From assembly GCA_964035545.1 (NCBI GenBank), contig OZ037768.1:14021675-14085674 (forward strand): 64,000 nt of DNA. The letters are read 5' to 3'. This stretch comes from Bugula neritina. Lineage: Eukaryota > Animalia > Bryozoa. The notes below the pieces were generated by a model that saw only the letters and a program-made list of their open reading frames with translations, did no database searches and was not told where the DNA came from. This document shows positions 34,793-46,057 of the stretch, in pieces (within the stretch, counting starts at the first letter, position 1; each line of letters starts with the position of its first letter). Position numbers and translations under genes: made by a program.

Positions 34793-35680
34793 ATGACAGA
34801 AAGAGGCACAGAGCTACCCATTCGGAGGAATGAAGGTGAGGAAGATAACGTTGCTATACCTATAGAACCAGAAGTGAGAGTGCATAGGGAATGTTATGAA
34901 GAGAAGTACCGGCTAAGGGTGCCCACCTTCTCAGGTGAGGAGCCGGTGGAGCAATTCGTTCAGGAATTCCAAGATGTAATGGAGGTTGCACAGTGGCCAC
35001 CCCGAATAGCATTGCTCAAGCTCCGGATGGCGCTGTCAGACAAAGCCAAGCCATACGGAGTGGGACCAGACATCGACGGGATCTTTGCTTCCCTGCGGGC
35101 CCGTTTTGGTATCTCCGCTGTAGATGCGCGGGCCCGTCTCCACAGATTGCGGCGTGATCCTCACACGCCGCTACAAGAGCACGCTACCACGGTAATGAGG
35201 CTGGCGCAGATCGCGTTCCGCGATCTGCCGCAAGTAAACCGTGAGAGGTACACTTATGATGCCTTCGTGCAATCCATCAACGACTTGGGACTCCATCACC
35301 AACTCCTGGCGAGGGGAGTCACCACGGTCGAAGGTGCGCTTGCAGAAGGGGAAGCTTACCTTCTGGCCAGTCAGCTGCACCGGAACCGTGTGACTTCTCG
35401 TCAGGTGGACATGGAGCCCTCCGCTGCTCCTACCGCTTCTAACGCGGAAACCCCAGCGGTGGCCAAGGTGACGCAGATGACGGTGGCATCGAAGGTCGCA
35501 CAAATGACCGACATGCTAGCCGAACTGGTCTCCGCCTTGGCCCCTCTCAGCCAGCTAGACACCACCCGTGAGCTTGACGGGCCACCGGTGCAGTCGCCTG
35601 GTAGAGGACACCCCTCCTGCTGGGAGTGCGGAAGACCAGGACACTTCCAGAAACACTGTCCCGACTTCAACCAGGGTTAA
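34793..35680 (+). CDS. gag: Gag of element B with CCHC zinc knuckle
   Basis: 295 aa with CWECGRPGHFQKHC. Clearly homologous to the 52303-53169 ORF (LRARFGISA, ERYTYDAFVQS, NDLGLHHQL, GEAYLLA). Confidence 0.93.
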   Translation: MTERGTELPIRRNEGEEDNVAIPIEPEVRVHRECYEEKYRLRVPTFSGEEPVEQFVQEFQDVMEVAQWPPRIALLKLRMALSDKAKPYGVGPDIDGIFASLRARFGISAVDARARLHRLRRDPHTPLQEHATTVMRLAQIAFRDLPQVNRERYTYDAFVQSINDLGLHHQLLARGVTTVEGALAEGEAYLLASQLHRNRVTSRQVDMEPSAAPTASNAETPAVAKVTQMTVASKVAQMTDMLAELVSALAPLSQLDTTRELDGPPVQSPGRGHPSCWECGRPGHFQKHCPDFNQG

Positions 35681-37712
35681 ACTACGACGGCCCGCGGATG
35701 CTCCCACATCCGGCGGGCCGCCGTTAAAACCCCAAGGGACACAGTGGCGTCCGCCACGCCGGACACCCGTCCGGGACCTCGCGGAACGGCCACCAGGATG
35801 GCAAGCAGGCTGTACAAGCCGCTCGCCGCCGGTGTTCTCAATGCTACCCCGCAACAGGTTCGACAAACGACGGACCGCAGAGTCTGCGAGGGGAAGGGCC
35901 CAAACGTTGCAAGGCGTGGCGCCACCCCCTCGACAGCTGGTCCCCAGTCGTCGTCAGGAACCTAACCCCTCCGCCAGGGCGAGGGAGAAGAGGTCACCCA
36001 AGATACCACTACATCCCCACGAGAGCAGCCTGTTTCTACCAGGACAGATAGCCGGCAAGCCTGCCAAATTCCTGTTAGACACGGGCTGCACCACCAACCT
36101 CCTGGGTCGTCGATTCTTCGACACACTCAGCGCTCAGATCAGAAGCAGGTTGGGACCGTACGAAGGCGATCATGGCACCCTGGCAGACGGGTCGTGCATC
36201 CCCTTCTACGGTATCATTGAACTCCCTGGGAGCGTCTGTGACCAGACCATCCAGGAAAGGTTCATAGTCGGACAGCTCCAAGAGGACGCCATTCTTGAGA
36301 TGCCATTTTTACAACGACACGGGTGTCACATCGATTTTGGCAAATCTGCGATGTTTATGGGCGGCCGGGAGCTCGCCTGTGTCGATAAGTTTGGCCATCC
36401 CCTAACGGGAGAAGAGCCGATAGTACGTACCTGTACTATGCCCGGCCACTCCCGGGACACCGTCCACCGCCAGGTAGACGGTGGCCGTACCTCCAGGCCG
36501 GGAGCTGTAGAGAGCGCGCACCCAAACGTCCCACCTGTCCGCAGCTCTAACCAGCTGACACGGAGAGGAAAGACCTCGGTGCCATGCCTCCACTCCCCCT
36601 CGGAGACAGTGAATCTACCACCCACCTCTCCACCAAGCTGTACTCCTTCTGTTCAAGAAGATAACAGCAGGCCATCGCGGGAAACCGCGATGGGAAGTCC
36701 TCTAGAAAGCCCGTCTCCAGGGCGAAGGACTGCCTCACCCCACGCCCCACACAGCCAGGGGACTCGTGGGAGAGAATCAGACGGTTGTGTAGATAACGAG
36801 AAGCGCCAAGAGACGGCCACGTTACTACACAAAACCGAGGCTACACCTCACCTTGGGGACCCTGACATGCCCCTAGAGGTGGCACAGGACCCCCACGCCG
36901 AACCCGTCTCAGCCGATGGCGTCAAGGAGCTACGACACCTCCAGGAACATATTCCGGGGGTGGTAGCCGACGTCTATCGAATAAAACGGGAAGGGCGACG
37001 ACCCAGTGACAAACAACGGAAGCAGGGCTGCGCCGAGTGGCAGCTGTACTGCCGACGTTGGAACGCACTGCGGATCGGGCCGGATGGTCTATTGACCATA
37101 TCTTTGGCCGCTAACCACAACCAGCCAGACCAGGAGAGGACCCTCTGTCCTGCCGCCATCCGCCGAGAGTTGATAGAAGAGGTACACCAACAGGCTCACG
37201 GGGGAGCCCAACAAGTGCTCACCGAACTACAACTCTGGTGGTATTGGCCTAACATGGAGCGTGAAGTACGACGCAGAGTTAAGCAGTGCAGAGTCTGCCG
37301 GGCCAGTAAGCACGGCCGCCCTCCTGACAAGGTGGGGCGGCAAAGGCAAAGTGCAGAAAGACCCGGGCAGACGGAGACTGCTGACCTGGTCGACAAACCG
37401 CCCAGGATGCAACCCAAAGCAGTGGCGAGGCAGGAAAAGCCACACCCGTTCAGGGAAGTGCGCTCACCGCCTTCAGCGTGCAAGCTGCCGCCACCACTTC
37501 CTAGGTCAGGAACCGACCTGGAAGTGCAAAACCCCCCCACGGGAGGGGCTCCGTACGGAGATGCTGGGGAAGCTCCATTTGTCACAAATTGGCTGGAAGC
37601 ACCACCCGTGAGACGTGACCGTCCATGGGCGAGTAAACCGCCCTGGCTGAGGACAACACTTCCCCAGGCTCCGTATGGAGATGCTAGGAAAGCTCCATTT
37701 GTCACAAACTAG
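35675..37712 (+). CDS. pol: Deleted Pol of element B: protease + spacer + integrase Zn-binding domain; no RT, RNase H or DDE core
   Basis: FLLDTGCTTNLL protease motif and HQQAH...CRVC HHCC motif. Collinear with element C pol except for two gaps at about 36870 and 37394. Homology continues past the TAG to 38045. Confidence 0.88.
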
Positions 37713-37780
37713 CTGGAGGCACCACCCGTGAGACGTGACCGTCCACGGGCGAGTAAACCGCCTTGGTTGGTGACGACACC
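37547..37780 (+). repeat. 120-bp tandem duplication within element B pol
   Basis: GGCTCCGTA(C/T)GGAGATGCT(G/A)GG...GAGTAAACCGCC starts at 37547 and again at 37667. Confidence 0.92.
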
Positions 37781-38360
37781 TCGAAAACGGTGTTCTAGAC
37801 CAACCCCCGCGTATCTCGAGGACTTACCAGGTGCCGTTCAGGGCGCGGTCAAACGTCCCACGAGGTGCCGTACGGGGAAGAGAGCAAGACGTGGAAGTTG
37901 TGAACACCACGAGAATATCAACTTTTGCTTCGGCGGAATCTCAAACGAGATTCATACGCCGGAAGTAATAAGTCCTAGCCACGTTTCACAACCACGCTGC
38001 TCGCTCTTTCATCACATTGATACAGCTTTGAGTAGACGTACGTAGAAATCATAAACATACCACTCTCATTCACAATGGCTTGCCAAGAATCGAGAGGTGA
38101 GTTAGTTATGTTTTTGGTACGAGGACTAAACTGCATTAATCAGCTTAACTGTAACAGAATAAGCTGGAGACTCGGTAATGATTTTTAGTGGTGAGAATTC
38201 ACATTGACTCTAAGACTGAACAGTCTGTTACAGCAGTGTGTGTTTTCGATCAACTATTCATTAGCTGAGTCTCACGAGTGTCTAATTGAGTTAAGTACTC
38301 ACCAGGCTGTATACGCCGGCTGTACTCAGTGTACCCTCTTACACTGTTATACTCTTGCAG

Positions 38361-39103
38361 ATCACATTCGATCGACCAACTCCGGGTCACAAGATCTACA
38401 CCCCCTCTCCTCCTTGGACAACGGACCGGAAACGGACAACGGACTGCCCGTGGCACTACGTCGAAGACATAAATGGGTGTCACGACGGATGGAGTGACAA
38501 ATTGAAGAAGCCTGGGGACCAAGTGGCTCACATTGAACCTGCCACGTGTGTTATGAGGAGCTTCCCTCACACCAAGGACTACGGCTGCATGTGAATGCAC
38601 ACTTCCTACTACGCTTCTGTCCGTGCGGATTTCACGACGTATACCCCTACCCCGTCGTGGCATATATGATGGACTGTTTCGCAGGCGAAGGCTATGTAGT
38701 GGACGCGGACAATTACGACCAGTATCTAGAAGCCGTCAGACCAGTGGTTAAGAAGGCTTTGACCTGGGCCGCATTATCCTCCGGGTTTTATACACTGCTA
38801 ACAGCCCCCCGTCAGAAATCCCCTATGGTAAAAACGGTCGCTGCAGTCATACCCCGGCCAGACAACACCCCCATGGAAGCATCAAATTCTCCAGAAGAAG
38901 CGACGCCAACTCCAACCAGGCCTAACCGACTAGCAACTGTTGAGGAAAGACTCCTACGACTGCAGGATGAATTCACCCAATTGGCCCCCGACTTACTCAG
39001 CACTACAATGAGCCTTAGTGAACTAAAGGGCTCAGTGGGACGCCTTAAGCGTAGATTACGTGCACGGCAAGCACGACACCGGATCCAGACCCTGCAAAAC
39101 TAG
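38361..39103 (+). pseudogene. ORF3 of element B (zinc finger + coiled coil), interrupted by two in-frame TGA codons
   Basis: ORFs 38204-38497 and 38546-39103 are in the same frame. CHVC-x12-HVNAH, FCPCG and a C-terminal heptad helix align with element C ORF3. TGA at 38495 and 38534 align with Arg. Confidence 0.82.
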
Positions 39104-40644
39104 GAGCTGGAAGTTGACAATTCCACCCCGCATATCCTCGGGGTACTACATTGTGATCATGTAAATACTTGATCTGCTAACGACCGATCTGTGTAACGAT
39201 CCAGATCTCTCTCTCTGTAGCTGGCCAGCTGTGTGTTGGCCGTCTCCTTATCTTACTTATATATATGTCGTACGTTTGATATTTCTTTTCTTTTTCTTTG
39301 TGGATTTTCCTTACTTATGTCATTTTTGCATTATTATACTATTTTGTTTTATAAGAAAGTGGGCTTTCTGCTGGTGGGGGCGGTGTAATGGGATTACGTA
39401 GTATAATAATGGGGTCGTCCCCTCTTGTATGGAATACTTATAACTATGTTCTACTATCCAATCAGAGGGACCAGAAGACAAGGTTCCGGTCAAGTAACTG
39501 TGCGCGATTAGCTAGCAGAAACCATGTGTTGTTGAGAGCAGGGACTCGTAGTAGTAACATGTGTTTATAATTGATTGATGTATTGTGGTATTCTGATGTG
39601 ATGTTATAATTATGTTTAGCGAGTTAAATAAAGGTTATCGTACGCAAACTCTATTAGTAGTTGCTAGTTAAATTGACATTAAATACGCAGGCAATCCACG
39701 CTTAATAATTGTGCTAAAACTCACAACACTATGTACAAAAATAGTAAATTAATAAAATAACAACTACAAATAAATCACTTTAAACGTTCGCATGAATACT
39801 AAACAATGACTATCAACATCGTCTATCAGTATCACTAATACTCACACTGACAGTATAACTATAAAGTTCTACAAGTAAAAGTATTACTCATACTCATAGT
39901 GATAGATCATTGAGTCATGCTGATACTTATACTATCACTCAGTGATACTGATAGTATGAGTATACGTATCGGTATCACTATCAGTATCTGCTATGGCCTA
40001 TGCCCTATGATGCCCTAGGCCTATGGCCATAGTATGGGCTATGGGCTAGGAGCATGAGTATTACTATTATTATTAAGAATAAGTTTAACCAACAATCAAG
40101 TAGTAGTTTTACAGCTGTCAGAGAGCAAGGTTGAGAGTTAGCACTTGTAGGATTCACATTACTTATTGCTGATAACTCATTACTGATAACTTATTACTAT
40201 TAGTTATTACGTATTGTAAAAAAACTATTGTTCGTTTGTAAACAATTATTATTCGGTCGAGTTTCCAATTTTTAGTTTACAATATTGACAATTCTAATTA
40301 GTATTACTACTTTAATTTAGCATCGTCAAATTGTTCTTTGACATCATTGCTAGATTCGTCATTGACCGTATATTAGCACGTTTTCAAACAATCCTTGAGG
40401 TCTAGTAATAAACTGCATTAAACATAATGTGTATAAAGGTTTATAGAACAAGAGATCCTCCAAGTCAAAGGCTAATATCTACAGCAACATAATAATATAA
40501 ACAAAACGGCCACCTAATCTATGACTGTCGATATGTTTATTATAGTTTATTAACTCCAAAAATTCATTTGTAATCGATTAAACAGCATTTACGGCAAAAG
40601 ACTGATTGAATAAAGCTATAATTTTAGATTTTTATTCAAAAATA

Positions 40645-43600
40645 ATGGCATTGCTATCAAACATTTATTTATACGTAATTGAAGGACTTATGTTCGTTTA
40701 CTTGAGTGTGTACTGCACTCACCTTGAAGTAAGTTGTTGCTAGTACGTATGCCCTACATGTAATTCATGTTCAGATAAATATTTAAAATTTTTTGCTATT
40801 GATTAGTATTTACTAAAATAACAATATTAAGCACAACATAATTACTATGCTTAATTTTACTGTTACTGTTAGTGTGATAGTATTGCCATTGGTATTGCAG
40901 TATAAGTACCAGTATGAGCATTAGTATTTATTGTACTTATAGGAATTACAAAATTTAGAAACATTAGCCTTAACCTCAAATTTATTAAAATGTTATTGCT
41001 TGTTTTTATAGTCACAAGCTAGTGTACTTTTAATGTGAATTAAAATTATCTACAAAACAAATGCACGAATCTACTGTAACTTCCTTTTCGTATAACTACC
41101 TGAGGCTATTGCATTGTCAGAGTGTAGCTGTTGCTCATAGTTATAGATTGATCTATTGAACAAGCATGTAACTCTTGATATTTATAAGTTTAGAAACTTG
41201 GTTGATCGTAGGTTAAATTTTTTAATGCAAATGTGTTGAAGGCTAACTCCCGCAGAGGTAAACAATTTTAGCTTATAAGTACACTATAACTATAAAATGT
41301 TGTAGAATTGTACAATTGTTTGTGCTAAAAAATTCTTACACTTGTTGACACATTTAGTAAGTTATATAAAAATGCCACTTTTAAGTACTTTTACTTACTT
41401 ATTACTTACTTATTGAAGAAGTCCGTAACGAGGTTACATTTCGTATCAGCTCATAACTTCTACTGTCTTTGCCACTATTGACCTCCACATTTTTCTCTCT
41501 TGTGCCAGATCTATACATTAATAAAATGTAACGTTAGCATATGTTTTGAGGTCTTTTTTGACAATATCAACCCTTGATATTTTCCCAGCCCACTGGGATA
41601 TTTTGCCGGGTAGTTAAGATATATCTCTAGTGCTTGCTTGGCTGGTGCACCTTCTGGTAGTCTGAGAAGGTGCCCAAGTCATCTTACTCTTTTTGTTCTT
41701 ATGGTGTGGGACTAAGGTTTCTGCCATGTCTTCTTGTACAGCTCATCATTAGGCTACTGATATTTTGAGGCCATCTCACCTTTTATATTTTACGAAACAG
41801 GTTTCTTTGGCATATGTCGATGTTGTGACCTCTCTCTTGTGTGATTGAGTATAGTTCACCGTTATAAAGATACTTCTTATTAGTGAATCGAAGAGTCTCG
41901 TCTTGGTATTCAGGCCAATTCGTTTGTGTGTCAGTATTTTGCTAATGTTGCTGTATGCCACTGTTACTAGTTGGTTTCGGCTGTCTATGTCGTTTTGTGT
42001 CAGGAGGGTTGAGCCTAGGTATTTACACTTCTCCCACTGCTTTTGCTTAAGTATTTTTAATGTTTAATAATTAGCCAACAGTTTATTGTTGAATTATTTT
42101 TATTTTATAAACTAGTAAACTGTTTTTTCTTGTATATTTGTGTTGGTATAATCAAAGTATATGTTCATATAGAACATGGTTTAGTTAGTTACTAACTTTA
42201 TGACAAATTTCATTTGTAACTTGAAATAACTGTGCAAAAACTTGTTTCTCTTAAAACTAATAAACTATTATCATGCTTTACAATAGCCAAATATATTTTT
42301 CAATAATTCATTACATAAACTTGAAACTAAATTTAAATATTATGTGTTAGTAAAAGAGTGTTTGGTTTTCAATTTCTTTCTAATATGTGTATCTTGATAT
42401 TAATGTGTTTCTAAACAGAGAATTTTTTTACAACTGAACAACTAGCATATGGTATAATTATTTCAATAACTATATAAACCTTATATTGAAGCCATGCTTT
42501 TATAAACTATTTCAGATGATGATTTTTATGTTGCAGCTTGATGATTACTGGTTTACAAGCAGTCAAGTACTGTATAAAGAAAAGTTAAATGATGGTGTTG
42601 ACTGTATGGACTCTAATAACAATACATACTCACATTTACAAACGTGGGCGGAGCAAGGTGTTTGTTCTACTGTTACATGCTTTCAGGTCTGTGCAAATTC
42701 AGTTATAATTATACAGAATTAGAGAAGTTTTGATTTAAAATGTTTATTTAGGCTTGAATATTTGTTTATTTTCAACGTGATACAAAATATAAATATGTTT
42801 TGCAAGGTTGTTTTAATTCATTAATCTTACAAACACTTATTCCAGAAATGAATAGTTTACAGTGGCACGTTTTACACAGGTTTTTACTATAATTTTAGTA
42901 CAATTTGTTTATATTGTTATAACTTGCCACTATATTTACACAATTTAAAAAAAAAAAGTTTAAAAGAGTGTAAAATAGGAACGTAATATGTACACATTAT
43001 GATAGTATGCCAATAACACTAATTATCAAGTAGTTTCCCTAATTAAGCTAAGCATATTGTATTAAAATAAACCACACCAAACAGCACTATTGTGATATTT
43101 TTTATAAAATAAATTACTCTATGGAATATTAGTAAATATGCACCTACATACATGCATATATATTGTTGGGAATTTGCTGACATTTTACTTCAAATAGTGG
43201 ATGTTCTCAATAAGGTGATGTTTTAATATAATTTGTCTATAAAGTGCAGGAATATTTACGATTATACTTTTACTTGAATGTGCCTAATGTACAGTATGTA
43301 ATCAGTGCAATATATCACAATGTAAGCTACAGTCTAACTTTGAATATTTGTAGGCTGTGAGTGGAAATTTTGTGGTGAAATCGTCCTGTCGACAGCCTCT
43401 TGAAGCTGAAAATCCTGATCCTGTTAACTGTTACTTTACAGGTATGCTATTTTTAGTATCTGTAATAAATAAATCATAGCATATCAACAGAATACTACAT
43501 ACATTTTATGTTTTAATTTTCAATGCTTTGAGATTGATTTTGGTTTGCTAGATTTAATTATTTGATTGTATTTTGCTATATCTTTTATTTATATGTTGCA

Positions 43601-43959
43601 ACTCTATACTAGTTAGGGCTTTCTAAAATGTATGATAATAAATGCTTTTTAAATTACTAGCTTATGTTTGAGGCAAACTGCTTAAATTACTTTTAGATAA
43701 CTAACTCAACTAATTGTTTATCAAAATTACTAAAATTTGTTATGTAGGCAATGAATCTGCTACCTATCCTCATTGCTGCCCTGTCTTACATTGTCCAGAA
43801 GATCAAGTCTACAACATAACTACAGTAACCGGTTGTGCTGATCGAGCATCAAACTTCTCTTGTTCCATTTGGAAGAAATCTGATGGGTGTAACACAACCA
43901 ACAGACTGTATAACTTCACTTCTGTGTATTGTCAAAAATCCTGTGAATTTTGTACTTAA
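40645..43959 (+). CDS. Secreted cysteine-rich protein: single-domain VWC (SVWC-like) + C-terminal ShKT domain, about 177 aa
   Basis: Exons 40645-40728 (hydrophobic leader, GTAAGT donor; least certain), 42537-42686, 43354-43441, 43748-43959, phases consistent. Eight-Cys module ending YPHCCPVLHC. Six-Cys module CADRASNFSCSIWKKSDGC...YCQKSCEFC. Confidence 0.78.
41391..42045 (-). mobile_element. Degenerate RTE-like LINE 3' fragment in the first intron of the SVWC-ShKT gene
   Basis: Peptides KYLGSTL, IGLNTKTRLFDSLIRSIF and LGHLLRLPEGAPAKQAL, plus a (TAAG)n-type 3' tail at 41391-41412. Confidence 0.75.
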
Positions 43960-44599
43960 AATTTATTTCAATTTTAATAATGTATTGAAATATATTTTTT
44001 TAGCATAAAACTTTTATTTTATATGGGTTTTTGTGTGTAAAGTATAGTTTCACAACTAGACTATGGAAATGCAAGTATTATGCTTTGTTCTACTGCCATG
44101 TTTAATAACATTAAATTCCTTTCAGTGTTTACCTTTGCAATGGTACTTGGTCTATACATTTAATATGAATGTCATGTTCTATAAGTACAGGTTATGTCTT
44201 GATAAAAGTATTATAAATACAGATTATGCATGCATAAATACATTAAATTGTTTAATATATTAGTATTCTATTATTTCAAGTTTATGTACAACATTTAAGC
44301 AATATGTCAACTTTTACGAAATTATAAAAAGAATATGATGCTGCCAACCAAAGTTAATGTTGGTGTTGCTATAATCATTGGTTTTAAAGTATATTAAAAG
44401 TACCCTATTGAAGAAAATAGTTTTTTTGTAACAAGCTTCGTATGAAAAGTTTTAATGAATATTTTGTCAAATTATTAATAAATGCTGATGAAGAACCTGA
44501 TTTGATTCTGATGATTTACAATATTCATTTAATTGGCTTACATAGATGTAATAAAATCAGTCTAAATTATAAGGGTACTGTTACAAGTTGCTCAGTCAC

Positions 44600-45782
44600 A
44601 ACGGGGGTCACAATGGGCCGATCTTTTAATTTTTTGCTCTCATTTGTCTGTTTTTCAAGTTACTAGTTCAATAATCTCTAGTCTAAATGCTACACCAGTT
44701 GTCTATTATAGGTATCAGTTGGTTTTTTTCTATCTCTTTCACAACTTTCAGGATAATGACATTTTCATGACGAAGAAATGGCCCATTGTGCCCCGGGACA
44801 CAACAAATATATTGAAACTTTGCTGATTTGGTTGCGTCTGATCTTTATTAATTTAATATACACAAGTAAATAAAAATACTCTTTCAGATCTACAGCAAAA
44901 ATCATGTTTTAGCTGTACAGTTTGTACCACCGCAGATAGCAGGGGAGGCAAAATCAAACGCACATCACTCATTTCTACGGTGCCATTATCATTACTGTTT
45001 AGAACTAAAAATGTTTTTTCTATTTTCACTTCAGAGCAACGTTTATTAAAAAAAAACTTTAGTAACATGTACTACAAAATTCCGAGTGGACTTTTTTCTA
45101 TGAACTGTAGCTAAGGTGCATGGCGGAGGTTTGTGACTGAAATGGGGAAGGGAAGGGGGGAGGAAATGAGCAAATCACAATTTATTTTAGTCAAATACAT
45201 GTATATTCCCTCAATGATATAATGTATAATGAATATCATGACTATCTACTAGTAGCAACAGCAGAGTGTTTTGTATGATGTGTAAAATGGCAAAGCTATA
45301 TAACCACACCAGATGTATATAATGTAGATCTATTAGGGGAGCAATTCACCTTGTAGTTTGGTAGTCTTACCATGATGTATTTGATATTTACAAAAAGGTC
45401 AGAAATGGCTATATCTATAGATTTTATGAACATTTCATCTAACTTTTTGGGCAAACAAACTAATAACAGTGATCAGGGTGCAATGATCAGGTGGTCCATT
45501 GTGCCCGTGTGGCTCAAGGAAAATTTATTTTAGAGTTTCCTATTATACTAATTAGGCAATGTAGAAACAAGCAATGGCAACAATATCAGTAAAATCTAAG
45601 CTTGTTATCTTTAGGTGTAAAAAGTTATACAACTTCAACGACATCTTAAAAAATGTACAAAAAGTAGGTAAAACAGTTTTTGACTGGCCTCTTCAACATG
45701 TAGGCTTCGCAAGTTTTGAAACTACAATGGCTGAAAAATTATGTCAATACCTTTTTATTAAAAAAATCACAACTCTAAGTCA

Positions 45783-45785
<3 letters not shown>
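44600..45785. mobile_element. Second, inverted and end-truncated copy of the MITE at 22468-23784
   Basis: Reverse-complement similarity over about 1.2 kb (e.g. GAGCAAATCACAATTTATTTTAGTCAAATACATGTATATTCCCTCAATG). Begins AACGGGGGTCACAATGGGCC and stops at the microsatellite. Confidence 0.9.

Positions 45786-46057
<272 letters not shown>

Larger units (their letters stand above)
34414..39728 (+). mobile_element. Element B: young non-autonomous Ty3/Gypsy LTR retrotransposon (gag, internally deleted pol, ORF3)
   Basis: 345-bp LTRs 34414-34758 and 39384-39728 (TG...CA, one mismatch at 34503/39473). PBS TGGTGGCAGCGGTGGGAT at 34760-34777 matches a tRNA-Leu 3' end. PPT GGTGGGGGCGG before 39384. Confidence 0.96.
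29221..39805 (-). mobile_element. Element A: decayed Ty3/Gypsy LTR retrotransposon (Mag-like), with two nested insertions in its 5' LTR
   Basis: 3' LTR 29221-29456. 5' LTR split into 33471-33580, 34344-34413 and 39729-39805. 5-bp TSD ATGAC (29216-29220, 39806-39810). PBS TGGTGCTCCGGCT at 33458-33470. LTRs visibly diverged from each other. Confidence 0.93.
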
